A stretch of DNA of 64,000 nucleotides from a virus. The notes beneath the pieces are model-generated. The model worked only from the letters and a program-made list of their open reading frames with translations. It did not search any database and was not told where the DNA came from. Below, one piece after another: positions 29,977-40,407 of the stretch. The position numbers and the translations under genes were made by a program. Each line of letters starts with the position of its first letter. Position 1 is the stretch's first letter. The DNA lies in the IMG/VR virus record IMGVR_UViG_3300023184_000093, positions 9,000 through 72,999 of that record; one strand, written 5' to 3'.

Positions 29977-32205
29977 ATGACAATTACAACCTCATCATAC
30001 ACTACAAATAGTCTGAGAATTAATATCAGCAATGAAACATCATCAACAAACATTGTTCCTGCTATTCAACTAGGAATGATCAAAGGAGGATGGACACTCT
30101 ATGATATTACTACAGCTAGTATAACACCTGGAGCATTATATAGTCCTATTACAACTTTAGTTTATAGTGCTCCTAATGCAGATGGTGTGACAACCAAATA
30201 TATAATCATACGTATTGATACTGTTAAATTAGTTATATACACATCAACCTGTGAATCATGGAATGCATCTACTCACGTTCCTACTAATGAAACGTGGACT
30301 GGAGGAGGGGTATTCCAACAAGGATATGATATTAAAGATAGTATTATCCTAGTATCTGCCACTCCACGTCATTGTGTAATTTGGACATTTATCAAGAGTG
30401 AACCCGGTATATGGTCTGGTGTATTTGAATTTGAACGTGTGGCAAGTGAAGATGTTACCTCGGGTACTCCAGTACCTAATTGGGCATGGACAAATAGTTT
30501 GATACTTGGTACTCCTTATGGACAACCTGATAATAATAGTGCTAGTCCTATTATGTTTGCTTTCCCAAGAACTGCGGACGGTGCTACTGGTGCTAGAGCA
30601 GCTCAGATTTATGCACCTGTGACTAATAGAGGAATGTATCCACCTAGTTACCCAACTGCTTCTCTAACTGTTGCCAATGATGTAAATCGTTTACATTTAG
30701 GTTCTTATGCTAACTCTTTGAGTTCTGGTACTGTGGTATATGGTTGGGATACACTTAAAACAGTAGTAAGTCCTATATCTGCAGATGCTATTACTAAGTT
30801 TATGCCATTGGGTAGAGCTTATGATGTAGGCATTACTAAACCAATAGGTGGTGCATTAGACACTGTATTTGTTAATCTTGATAGCACAGGTGGGTGGCCG
30901 AATGCATCAGGTCCAAGTACAGAATCTTTATTATTACCGTTAAATGGTGGATCTGAACAATCATGGACAGCAGTATATACCACTGGTACTACTAATTTCT
31001 ATGCATCTTTGCCTGCCGCTACTACTGCAACTAAAGTTCTTTCTATAGGTAATAATATATGGGTAAGTACAAATCAAGGAATTTATACATTTGATCAATC
31101 ATTAGGACAAGGTGCACCTATGACATTAAGGGTGCCTCATGCTACTAGTGGTGGTGTACTTGACATGGTATTTGATGGTGGTAGAGTTGTTTATGGTTCG
31201 TTAGCCACAGGAATTGTTGCAGTAGATACAGAAACGTTTACTACCTCTACAATTGCAACTATTACATCTGGTACATCTTATTTGAGTATTGATGGAAAAT
31301 ATGTATATGGTGTGGCAAGAACAGCGTTATTTACTCATTTCTGTTTCTCCTTTAGCAGGGCTACTTTTTCAGCAGGTGTGTTTTCAAATTTTGTAACATC
31401 TGCTACATATATCACATCCAGTGCTACTTTTGCTGCCACTGGATTAGGCGTACCTGTTCCAGACTATCAAGGAAACGTATATGTTGCTAGTCAGGCAGGA
31501 ATAGCTACTGCTCAAAGTATGATAATAGGTAGATATAATGCTGACACCGGTGTAGGAACTTCAATTGTAAATCCTAAGTTTGCTGCATATTGGCCATCTG
31601 GTGTTACCATTGCACCATCAGATTCGCCCACTAGTTGGTATTTTGATTATACAGCAACTCCACCTAAACCATATCTTTTTGTCAGTGGTGCTTCTGCAAC
31701 CAATGCACCTCTTGGTGGTGCAATCTATGAATTTACTGCAAATACTTTAACTACATCTTCATATTCTAACTGGACTGGAAATACTACCGGTGTAATTTGC
31801 AATGCAAGTGCCGGTACAACAACACCAGGTGCCTATGATTATAGAGGTGATTTGAGTATAGTACCTGTAAGAGGTACGCTTATGGTTAGTCCTAAAAAAG
31901 TAGGAATACCTGCTGCAACTGGTTATACTGCTCGTATAATACCTAACCATCCGCAATCCAACAATTCTGCTGGTGCATTTTCACCAGGTCTATCATTATA
32001 CCTAACGGGACAATCCGCAGTGGGTATAATTACAAGTGCTATAGGATTTGGCGGTAGTATAAACACAAATGGAGTGAAATTATTCGGATCATATACTCAG
32101 ACTGGTGCCAGTGATAATCGTGTATATGTTGTATCTGGTTTACACAATGTTGCTTATACATCTGCCGGTTATGGTGGAATAGGTAAATTAATAGTCAAGG
32201 GATAA
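29977..32205 (+). CDS. Putative virion structural protein (Thr/Ser-rich; possible beta-propeller C-terminal half)
   Basis: 742-aa ORF in the structural cluster with upstream TAAATA. Confidence 0.6.
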   Translation: MTITTSSYTTNSLRINISNETSSTNIVPAIQLGMIKGGWTLYDITTASITPGALYSPITTLVYSAPNADGVTTKYIIIRIDTVKLVIYTSTCESWNASTHVPTNETWTGGGVFQQGYDIKDSIILVSATPRHCVIWTFIKSEPGIWSGVFEFERVASEDVTSGTPVPNWAWTNSLILGTPYGQPDNNSASPIMFAFPRTADGATGARAAQIYAPVTNRGMYPPSYPTASLTVANDVNRLHLGSYANSLSSGTVVYGWDTLKTVVSPISADAITKFMPLGRAYDVGITKPIGGALDTVFVNLDSTGGWPNASGPSTESLLLPLNGGSEQSWTAVYTTGTTNFYASLPAATTATKVLSIGNNIWVSTNQGIYTFDQSLGQGAPMTLRVPHATSGGVLDMVFDGGRVVYGSLATGIVAVDTETFTTSTIATITSGTSYLSIDGKYVYGVARTALFTHFCFSFSRATFSAGVFSNFVTSATYITSSATFAATGLGVPVPDYQGNVYVASQAGIATAQSMIIGRYNADTGVGTSIVNPKFAAYWPSGVTIAPSDSPTSWYFDYTATPPKPYLFVSGASATNAPLGGAIYEFTANTLTTSSYSNWTGNTTGVICNASAGTTTPGAYDYRGDLSIVPVRGTLMVSPKKVGIPAATGYTARIIPNHPQSNNSAGAFSPGLSLYLTGQSAVGIITSAIGFGGSINTNGVKLFGSYTQTGASDNRVYVVSGLHNVAYTSAGYGGIGKLIVKG

Positions 32206-32254
32206 TTTATTTGTGATATCCTTTTACCTCATTACATATAGTTAAGGATATCCA

Positions 32255-32941
32255 ATGGCTAATCGTTACTGGGTACTCGGCAGTGGAACATGGAACTTGA
32301 CCAATACTGTGAACTGGTCTTCTACATCTAGTTTTGCAGTAGGTGGTGCCACTGTTCCTACTCCTAATGACGATGTATATTTTGACATAGGTTCAAATGT
32401 TGGTACATCACCTTTTACAGTTACATTAGGAACAACAGCTACATGTGCAAGTCTTAATATAATTAGACTAGATGGGCAATTAACATTTAATCTAGGAACA
32501 TTGTATGCAAATACACTTACTATATATGGTAGTGTTAATATTGTTAATACAACATCTATATTTTACACTAGTGTGTCTCCTAGTTGGGGTCCCACAACAT
32601 CGACTAATTTTACAGCAACTAATTTTATAAAACTTGGATTTACTGCTACTTCTATGGTAAGTATACCAATCGCTACCACAGTAGCTAAAATATCAGGATC
32701 TGCTAATTTAGGAGAAGTATTGGTATCTCCTATATTATCATCTGCATCAAGATTACCGTTAGGTTCTATCAATATAGGAGAATCACCATTAGTAATAAAT
32801 GTAGCATCAACTAGTTTAAGTTTAGCATTTACTCCAAAATATTTCCCAACATTCCCTGATTTACCAATTACGGTAATAGAGAAATTTGGAATAACTTATT
32901 CTAACACAATAACACCAATACCTTATCAATTCTGGGGATAA
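32255..32941 (+). CDS. Putative virion structural protein
   Basis: 'MANRYWVLGSGTWN...NWS...GATVPTPNDDVYFD' is typical of phage beta-helix fibre N-termini; AAGGA RBS. Confidence 0.65.
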   Translation: MANRYWVLGSGTWNLTNTVNWSSTSSFAVGGATVPTPNDDVYFDIGSNVGTSPFTVTLGTTATCASLNIIRLDGQLTFNLGTLYANTLTIYGSVNIVNTTSIFYTSVSPSWGPTTSTNFTATNFIKLGFTATSMVSIPIATTVAKISGSANLGEVLVSPILSSASRLPLGSINIGESPLVINVASTSLSLAFTPKYFPTFPDLPITVIEKFGITYSNTITPIPYQFWG

Positions 32942-32942
32942 T

Positions 32943-33221
32943 ATGGCAACAATAAGTATAAAAGATATTTTAGGATCAAACCTTGTAGGATATGTAGGTA
33001 GTCGTGGACCTGCGGGCGGCTATACTGGTAGTTTTGGATATACCGGTAGTCAGGGTGACCCAATGGGATGGACAGGTAGTAAGGGATATACAGGTAGTCG
33101 TGGACCTGCAGGCGGCTATACTGGTAGTAAAGGTGATCAAGGTGATCAAGGTTACATCGGATCATCCGGTGGTATATCAACAGGTAAAGCCATTGCTATG
33201 TCAATGATCTTCGGAGGATAA
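32943..33221 (+). CDS. Short collagen-like (GYTGS) structural protein
   Basis: GYTGS repeats and a C-terminal 'GISTGKAIAMSMIFGG' motif. Confidence 0.75.
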   Translation: MATISIKDILGSNLVGYVGSRGPAGGYTGSFGYTGSQGDPMGWTGSKGYTGSRGPAGGYTGSKGDQGDQGYIGSSGGISTGKAIAMSMIFGG

Positions 33222-33222
33222 A

Positions 33223-33594
33223 ATGTCAGCACCAAATATTGTAAATGTATCGTCAATTATAGCAGGATATGTAGCTCAAGTACCTGCAAATATTATAGCA
33301 AATGTATTGTTAAATAATTCACCAGGCAGTAATGCGGTTATAAAAGTAAATTCTTTAGTAATAACCAACGTAACAGATGGTGCAGTACCAACTACAGTAT
33401 CTATCAATAATGCAGCCACTGGCTCTGGAACAAATTATAGAATAGCCTATAACATATATGTACCAGCCGGGGCCAGCTTGCAATTAGTAGATAAAGGAAA
33501 CTTTTTATATCTAACTGAAGATACAAGTATAATGATAACATCTGGTACAGCATCGGCATTAGAATATGTTGCTGTATATGAAACTATTAGCTAG
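33223..33594 (+). CDS. Conserved small virion protein
   Basis: 'MSAPNIVNVSSI...KVNSLVITNV...VPAGASL..DK..YLTED'; coupled to the preceding gene with a GGAGG RBS. Confidence 0.7.
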   Translation: MSAPNIVNVSSIIAGYVAQVPANIIANVLLNNSPGSNAVIKVNSLVITNVTDGAVPTTVSINNAATGSGTNYRIAYNIYVPAGASLQLVDKGNFLYLTEDTSIMITSGTASALEYVAVYETIS

Positions 33595-33609
33595 TATATA
33601 AAATAGACC

Positions 33610-34506
33610 ATGTCTAAGTTTTATAAAAGACTTGTTCAACCGGGTCGACCAGATAGTCCTACAACAATTTCAGCTGGCGGATTTTGGACCATACGTGATC
33701 AACGATTAGCCCGGGCTAGTGGAATATGGCCTGATGGTGTAATTCCTAATCTTAATTACCTTGTAGTTGGTGGAGGTGGTGCTGGTGGAGACTCGGTAAG
33801 TTTGCAGCGCGGCGGAGGTGGCGGGGCTGGTGGATTACTAAATGATACATTTACAGCATATAATGCTAACACATATACTATTACAATAGGTGCTGGTGGA
33901 ACTGCTGTTAATGATGGAAGTGGTAATAACGGTGGTAATTCAGTTCTATCTAATGGTAGTACTAACATCATCACTGCGTATGGCGGTGGTGGTGGCGGCT
34001 ACAGCCCCAATAATGGAAACAACGGAGCATCAGGTGGCGGCGGCGGAGAGGGAGGCAGCAGCGGCGGCGGCTATCATCTTGGTGGTAAAGGTGTGTATCC
34101 TGGATCAACTTATATAAATGCTCCAAGACAAGGTTATGATGGTGGTAATGCACAGAATAGCCCGTTTCAAGGTGGTGGTGGTGGTGGTGCTGGCGGACCA
34201 GGTGTAGGTTTGATTCGTGGTCCTGGATTATATATAAACATTGCAGACGGATCAACAATAGCAGGCACATTTGCTCAAGGAGCAGGCACCCTAGATGAGG
34301 TAATCACTGCAAATTCCGGTAACGGTGGACAAGGATCTCACTATAACTTTACTGGCGAAAATCATAATGGTCAAGATGGAGTGGTTATACTTTGGTGGTC
34401 TGCCTCTTACAACAAACCTAGTATCATTACAGGTACATATACCTATTCAAAACAGAATGGATACCATATATACAAATTCACCGGCAGCGGTTCAATAAAA
34501 TTCTAA
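33610..34506 (+). CDS. Glycine-rich virion protein
   Basis: 'YLVVGGGGAGG...GVVILW...YHIYKFTGSGSIKF' Gly-rich domain. Confidence 0.75.
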   Translation: MSKFYKRLVQPGRPDSPTTISAGGFWTIRDQRLARASGIWPDGVIPNLNYLVVGGGGAGGDSVSLQRGGGGGAGGLLNDTFTAYNANTYTITIGAGGTAVNDGSGNNGGNSVLSNGSTNIITAYGGGGGGYSPNNGNNGASGGGGGEGGSSGGGYHLGGKGVYPGSTYINAPRQGYDGGNAQNSPFQGGGGGGAGGPGVGLIRGPGLYINIADGSTIAGTFAQGAGTLDEVITANSGNGGQGSHYNFTGENHNGQDGVVILWWSASYNKPSIITGTYTYSKQNGYHIYKFTGSGSIKF

Positions 34507-34510
34507 TAAT

Positions 34511-35491
34511 ATGAGTAATAATCCTAGACATATAATCCAACGTTATTATGTTCCTGTTAGTCAATCCAACATATCTGGTGTTTGGTCAATGAGAGAAGAA
34601 ATGCAGGGAGCATTTGACGGTGTATGGTCGTCGAGCGGTGTAATCCCAATAATTAATTATTTGGCTATTGGTGGTGGCGGTTCAGGCGGTAACGGAACTA
34701 GAACTGGAACCATTTCCGGCGGTGGTGCCGGTGGTGCAGGTGGATTAATAGTTGGATCATTTGGGCCAACATATAAACAACCTAGCTCAATTTATGGATA
34801 TCCATTAACTATTACAGTAGGAGCAGGGGGGCAACCAATTCCTCGTATTGGTTCTACTCAAGCTGGAAATTCTGGTAATAATGGTAATGATACTACAATC
34901 TCTGGAGAATTTTTTGTGTTAGGAACACTAGTTGCCTATGGCGGCGGGACTGGTGGTGGTGGACAACAATATGCTGACGTCGGAACTACGGGAGCCTCTG
35001 GAGGATCGGGTGGTGGACAAGGCGGATACAGTACTGGCTCTAACCCTATACTTGCAGGAGCATCAACACAAGGCAGCTCAACATATGGTGGATATGGTAA
35101 TAGCGGTGGAAATTCTTCAGGTTTAGGTGGAGCAGCCGGTGGTGGTGCAGGCTCATCCGCAGCAGGGCAAACCGCTGGTGATGGATTATTCGTTAATGTA
35201 GCCAATGGATCTTCTTATTCTGCTATATATGGTAGAGGAGGGGCTCCTGCTTCGGATAGATTAAACGTTGCCGGCTCTGCTCAGGGATATGGTAGTGGTG
35301 GTAATGGCGGATTTTCTGATTACACTAATCCTTCAAATCAAGGTGGGTCTGGACAAAACGGTAGGGTTATATTTTGGTACGATAGTGGTTTCCCTCTAGC
35401 ATCTTCTGTAACAGGATCCTATACATATACTTTAGAAAAAGGATTCAGAATATATGTATTTGATTATCCCGGCGGCACCATATCATTTTAA
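34511..35491 (+). CDS. Glycine-rich virion protein (paralog of the preceding gene)
   Basis: Same architecture: 'SGVWS', 'YLAIGGGGSGG', 'GRVIFWY', 'FRIYVF'. Confidence 0.75.
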   Translation: MSNNPRHIIQRYYVPVSQSNISGVWSMREEMQGAFDGVWSSSGVIPIINYLAIGGGGSGGNGTRTGTISGGGAGGAGGLIVGSFGPTYKQPSSIYGYPLTITVGAGGQPIPRIGSTQAGNSGNNGNDTTISGEFFVLGTLVAYGGGTGGGGQQYADVGTTGASGGSGGGQGGYSTGSNPILAGASTQGSSTYGGYGNSGGNSSGLGGAAGGGAGSSAAGQTAGDGLFVNVANGSSYSAIYGRGGAPASDRLNVAGSAQGYGSGGNGGFSDYTNPSNQGGSGQNGRVIFWYDSGFPLASSVTGSYTYTLEKGFRIYVFDYPGGTISF

Positions 35492-35502
35492 TATCAAGAT
35501 CT

Positions 35503-35530
35503 TTGACATTACATTCATTTAGTGTATAAT
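35503..35530 (+). promoter_or_regulatory. sigma70-type promoter for the glycosyltransferase gene
   Basis: TTGACA-N16-TATAAT, 11 nt upstream of the ATG, which suggests a near-leaderless mRNA. Confidence 0.75.
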
Positions 35531-35541
35531 TAATAGCATAT

Positions 35542-38500
35542 ATGAAACTTGCTATTATAGATATTATTGGTATACCCTACGATGGTAATACTATAGACCG
35601 TCAAGGGCTTGGTGGTAGTGAAAGTGCTGTTACACTTATAGCACGAGAATTAGCACAAATTGGATTTACTGTTACAGTATTTAATAATTGTGGTATGGAT
35701 CACGCAAAACCTGGAAACTATAACGGAGTTGAATATAAACCATTAATTGAATTGGCTAATGATCATGTTTTTGATATTGTTATTAGTTCACGTACAGTAA
35801 TACCATTTACTGATCCTAAAGACTATGACAAATTAGGAGATAATAGAGCAAATCCATTCTATAGCATGAATTTGTATGATAGGATATTGTCCAAAGCAAC
35901 AATGCGTATATTATGGATGCATGATACATTTTGTCTAGGTGATAACATCATTGAGGAACTTACAGTTGCTGATCGTATAACTGATATATTCACTCTCAGC
36001 GATTTCCACTTAACCTATGTTGCAAATTGTAATCACGGCCGCAGACGCAATTTTGAAGTACTAAAACGTAAGATGTTTATCACACGTAATGGTGCTAGAA
36101 ATTATAAAAAAGAAGTTGATATCAAAGCCAAGGATCATAACTTATTTGTATATAATGCTAGTGTGACTAAGGGTATGATTCCATTAGTAAATCATATTTG
36201 GCCTAAGGTAAAGGCTATGATACCCAGTGCTAGATTAAAAGTCATAGGTGGCTATTATAGATTCAGTGAAAGTTCAGCACCCGATCAGCAAGAAAAAGAT
36301 TGGCGTCGAATGGCAGCTGATCCAGGCAATTTAGAACTTGGCATTGAATATACTGGAGTTATTTCACAAAAAGAAATTGCCGATATATTAACTTCTGCTA
36401 GTTTTATGATTTACCCGGCGGCATTTCCTGAAACATTTGGTATATCATCATTGGAGAGCTTATTATATAACACTCCTGTGATCACTTGTAGATTTGGTGC
36501 ATTGGAAGAAATTGCATTAGAAGGTGCTTGTTATCATATAGATTATTCTATAGAACCTAACGGATTGTTTCCCGATATTAATAGTCCCGAACAAGTTAAT
36601 AAATTTGTAGAAATGACTATAAAAGCATATCATAATCGATATCTGCATCAACAAAAACAATACTACTGTAATATTGTTAAAGATATTGCAGGCTGGGATA
36701 CTGTGGCTCTACAGTGGAAACAATTTATAGCCCATAAGTTAGGAAAATATCTATCTAGAGATAGCTATCGTCGAGTTTCAAAGATTAATCATAGAGTACA
36801 CAAAATATGGAATCGTAGATTTACTAATGTTATAGAATTGGAAAACTATAAATCAGGTAATGAACAAAAGATAGTAGTTATTAGTCCTTTCTATAATTGT
36901 GCTGAATATATTTCTCGTTGTGTGACTAGTGTGGCCACACAAGATTATGATAATTATGAACACATTTTAATAGATGATGCTAGTACAGATAATAGTCTAG
37001 AAGTCATCATAGAAACATTAAGGCCGATGCCTGCAGATATTAGAAATAAGTTCACAGTTATTTCAAATAAAGAGAATTTAGGGGCAGTTAGGAATCAAAT
37101 ACAAAATATTAGATCAATGATCAAAGATGATGCTATTATTATGTTATTAGATGGTGATGATAGCCTTGTTAATGACAATACTATATTTTCTTATTATAAT
37201 TCTATCTATGATGGAACTACTGAATTTACTTATGGTTCCTGTTGGAGCATGGTTGATAATATTCCATTAATCAGCCAACCATATCCTGAAGAAATTAAAC
37301 AAAATCGATTATACAGAAACTATCATTTTAATTGGATATTACCTTATACACATTTACGTACATTTAAAAAATTATTGTTAGATAAAATCGATGACAGTAA
37401 ATTTAAAGATAGTAATGGTAATTGGTATAGAGCAGGCGGAGACGGAAGTGTATTTTATGCATTAATAGAAACAGCAGATCCAGATCGAGTAAAATGCATA
37501 ACAGATATAGTTTATAATTATAATGATGCAAGTCCATTAAATGATTATAAAGTTAATGCAGAAGAACAAAATAAAAATGCAAGAGAGATAGTAAACAATA
37601 TGATTCAACCAAAAAAAAAGATACTTATAGCAATTCCTACAGCTAAGAACATTGAACCAGATACATTTAAAAGCATATATGATCTTATTGTACCTGATGG
37701 ATATGAAACAATGTTTCAATTTTTCTATGGATACAATATAGATCAAGTACGCAATTTAATTGCAGATTGGGTAATAAATGGATTTGATTACTTGTTTTCA
37801 GTAGATAGTGACATTGCATTTCCTCCAGATACATTAGCTAAATTATTATCCCACGATAAAGATGTAATAAGTGGTTTGTATATACAACGTAAACCGGGAC
37901 AACATATATTAGAAATATATGAACACACTCCAACCGGCGGTGTTGCTAATATGCCTTATGGAAAATTAAAAGGCAGATCATTGTTAGAGGTAGCGGGTTG
38001 TGGATTTGGTTGTGCATTGGTTAAATCAGAAGTATTTAGATCTATAGGATATCCTCAATTTAAATATCATAGTGCAATTAGTCATAATAATACAGTATCC
38101 GAAGATGTAGATTTTTGTACCAAAGCTAGAGACAAAGGTTTTAAGATTTGGGCAGATCCTACTATATTATGTAGACATATTGGAAGTTTTACATTTAATA
38201 TAGATACTAATATACCTGCTATTGACACACATTCAACTGTAGTTGATATTAAACAATTTTTAAGAGAATTACGCGAACCATATCCATTCCCACCAGCACA
38301 TATAGATTACTTGATTAAATTAAAAGATCAAGGAATAGAGCCAAAAGTTGTTTATGATATAGGTGCGTGTGTATTGCATTGGACTGATAGAGTAAGAAAA
38401 ATTTGGCCAGATGCAGAAGTTATAGCATTTGAAGCAGCAGATGTACATGAGTTCTTATATCAAGAAGCGGGTGTAAAATACTTCATAGGTGTACTAAGTG

Positions 38501-38913
38501 ACCAAAGTGGTAAAGAAGTTAATTTCTATCAAAACAATGAAGCACCCGGCGGCAATAGTTATTATAGAGAAAATCCTGATATTCAACCAGCAGCGGCAAC
38601 ACTATACAGTGACAATTATATTAGAAAACTTAAAACTATTACACTTGATGCTGTTGTTAGTCTTAATAAGTATCCGCCACCTGATTTGATTAAAATGGAT
38701 ATTCAAGGTGCTGAATTAGATGTGCTTAAAGGTGCTCAAGAAACTATTAAAACTGCCAAACATATTATATTAGAATTACAAATAGTAGAATATAACAAAG
38801 GTGCTCCGTTAAAAGATACTGTGATTGCTTATATGGATTCAATAGGCTATGACTGTTTAGGACTTTTTAGCAACAACGGTCCCGACGGCGACTATCATTT
38901 CGTGCGTAGATAA
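35542..38913 (+). CDS. Multidomain GT4 + GT2 + GT2-like glycosyltransferase fused to an FkbM-family methyltransferase
   Basis: GT4: 'GLGGSES' and 'FPETFGISSLE'. GT2: 'VISPFYN..LIDDASTD..LLDGDD'. Third domain: 'IAIP..FSVDSD..GFGCALVK..SEDVDFC'. FkbM: 'VYDIGA..FEA..LIKMDIQGAELDVLKGA'. Confidence 0.9.
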   Translation: MKLAIIDIIGIPYDGNTIDRQGLGGSESAVTLIARELAQIGFTVTVFNNCGMDHAKPGNYNGVEYKPLIELANDHVFDIVISSRTVIPFTDPKDYDKLGDNRANPFYSMNLYDRILSKATMRILWMHDTFCLGDNIIEELTVADRITDIFTLSDFHLTYVANCNHGRRRNFEVLKRKMFITRNGARNYKKEVDIKAKDHNLFVYNASVTKGMIPLVNHIWPKVKAMIPSARLKVIGGYYRFSESSAPDQQEKDWRRMAADPGNLELGIEYTGVISQKEIADILTSASFMIYPAAFPETFGISSLESLLYNTPVITCRFGALEEIALEGACYHIDYSIEPNGLFPDINSPEQVNKFVEMTIKAYHNRYLHQQKQYYCNIVKDIAGWDTVALQWKQFIAHKLGKYLSRDSYRRVSKINHRVHKIWNRRFTNVIELENYKSGNEQKIVVISPFYNCAEYISRCVTSVATQDYDNYEHILIDDASTDNSLEVIIETLRPMPADIRNKFTVISNKENLGAVRNQIQNIRSMIKDDAIIMLLDGDDSLVNDNTIFSYYNSIYDGTTEFTYGSCWSMVDNIPLISQPYPEEIKQNRLYRNYHFNWILPYTHLRTFKKLLLDKIDDSKFKDSNGNWYRAGGDGSVFYALIETADPDRVKCITDIVYNYNDASPLNDYKVNAEEQNKNAREIVNNMIQPKKKILIAIPTAKNIEPDTFKSIYDLIVPDGYETMFQFFYGYNIDQVRNLIADWVINGFDYLFSVDSDIAFPPDTLAKLLSHDKDVISGLYIQRKPGQHILEIYEHTPTGGVANMPYGKLKGRSLLEVAGCGFGCALVKSEVFRSIGYPQFKYHSAISHNNTVSEDVDFCTKARDKGFKIWADPTILCRHIGSFTFNIDTNIPAIDTHSTVVDIKQFLRELREPYPFPPAHIDYLIKLKDQGIEPKVVYDIGACVLHWTDRVRKIWPDAEVIAFEAADVHEFLYQEAGVKYFIGVLSDQSGKEVNFYQNNEAPGGNSYYRENPDIQPAAATLYSDNYIRKLKTITLDAVVSLNKYPPPDLIKMDIQGAELDVLKGAQETIKTAKHIILELQIVEYNKGAPLKDTVIAYMDSIGYDCLGLFSNNGPDGDYHFVRR

Positions 38914-38944
38914 CATAAATATTGGTAGTTAATTAAGGACTACC

Positions 38945-39766
38945 ATGAAAAAACTACTAACTATTGCCTTGCTATTTGTAGCAGGATTAGCTCAAGCCTG
39001 GGACCAACGTGCCCCATTACAACCAGGTGCATGTCAAGTACATAGCCCATATGGATTTGCTGCCACACAAAGAGCAGCACAACCAATTTGCCGCGAAGCT
39101 TACCTAGTCGCATATGATGCTCCTGTTAAGATTCCTGTATATGTAGCATATACATTATTGCCACAAAATGCACTAGGATGCTGGCCACGCACAAATGCGT
39201 TTGTATCAGATCAAAGTGTACAGGGAGGTGCTCGACCGGATGATTATGCTGGTACAGGCTACGACAAAGGTCATATGAGTCCTGATGGCGACTTATCTTG
39301 GTCACAACAGGTTGAATATGAAAGTTTTTTAATGACTAATATGGTACCTCAGAGAGGATCACTTAACAGAGGTATATGGAAACTACTTGAAACCAGCGTT
39401 CGTGGATGGGCAGTTCAATTGAATCAACCATTTACTATCTATGTTGGCGGAATTTACAACAACGGAGATAAACGTATTGGCAACGGTGTTATTGTTCCTC
39501 ATGCTTATTATAAAATTGTTATTAATAATCAAACTAGACAAGTAGCAGGATGGTTGTTCCCGCATGTTGAACCTTACCCAAACTTAGGTAATGACCTAAC
39601 TGTTTTCCGTAAACCAATTGCTGATATTATGCAAGAAGCAGGAGTCAAATATGCTTTCCCCGCAGGAGCAATCGAACTACAACCAGGACAAGAATGGCCT
39701 ATGAATTTTGGACAACTTACAGCGGCTAAGAAACAAAAATGTGGAGCAAATGCTTCAGCTGATTAA
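38945..39766 (+). CDS. Secreted DNA/RNA non-specific endonuclease (NucA/EndA-like His-Me finger)
   Basis: Signal peptide MKKLLTIALLFVAGLAQA; motifs 'YDKGH', 'SFLMTNMVPQ..LNRGIWKLLE', 'VPHAYYKIV'. Confidence 0.9.
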   Translation: MKKLLTIALLFVAGLAQAWDQRAPLQPGACQVHSPYGFAATQRAAQPICREAYLVAYDAPVKIPVYVAYTLLPQNALGCWPRTNAFVSDQSVQGGARPDDYAGTGYDKGHMSPDGDLSWSQQVEYESFLMTNMVPQRGSLNRGIWKLLETSVRGWAVQLNQPFTIYVGGIYNNGDKRIGNGVIVPHAYYKIVINNQTRQVAGWLFPHVEPYPNLGNDLTVFRKPIADIMQEAGVKYAFPAGAIELQPGQEWPMNFGQLTAAKKQKCGANASAD

Positions 39767-40407
39767 GTCTTAGTTTTACAATTATTTCCGTGCCAGCGAG
39801 TATAGTTATTAACACTTATAGTTTTAGAACAATACTCACACACTTTTTTTAACTGCGAAGTATGCCTGCCCTCATCTAATTGTTTTCTCATTATAGATCC
39901 CCCAATTAGATTATGTGTTCCGGCATCTATTCTTGCTTGGTTAGACGCGGGTCCTAAAAAATTATGTGTTTTATTTTCTAATCTTTTTAAGTTAGATTCA
40001 CGTTGAATTTTTCCACCTTGAAAATTATGTGTACCATTAGCTATTTTTTTGTTATTAACTATAGAAGCAGCCTCAACTCCTTTACGTTGAACATTAGGAT
40101 CTAAAAAAGGATGTGTTCCGTCTGCTAACTTTTTATAAGCAACTTTCCTTGCTATCTCTGATAATTCTTCTGAAGATAGTTTCATACGAACAGCTATAGC
40201 ATAACAAGCACCATAATCGCCCTGAGAACAATGAACATCGTAGTGTTCTTGTATAGTAATACCTGTTAAGTTAGCAGGATCGTGATTACTATGATTGCCG
40301 TCTATATGATGGATTTCATAACTTCGTCCTTCACTATCTTTAGGGATAGGACCGTTATGTTCTTGATAGATCTTTCTGTACCTAGCAGTACCACAATAAA
40401 TACACAT
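39763..40407 (-). CDS. Free-standing HNH (homing-type) endonuclease
   Basis: 'YEIHHIDGNHSNHDPANL...EHYDVH' HNH core, five G/K-THxF-like repeats, and a C-terminal CEYC..RWH..NC zinc motif. Confidence 0.85.
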   Translation of the reverse strand: MCIYCGTARYRKIYQEHNGPIPKDSEGRSYEIHHIDGNHSNHDPANLTGITIQEHYDVHCSQGDYGACYAIAVRMKLSSEELSEIARKVAYKKLADGTHPFLDPNVQRKGVEAASIVNNKKIANGTHNFQGGKIQRESNLKRLENKTHNFLGPASNQARIDAGTHNLIGGSIMRKQLDEGRHTSQLKKVCEYCSKTISVNNYTRWHGNNCKTKT

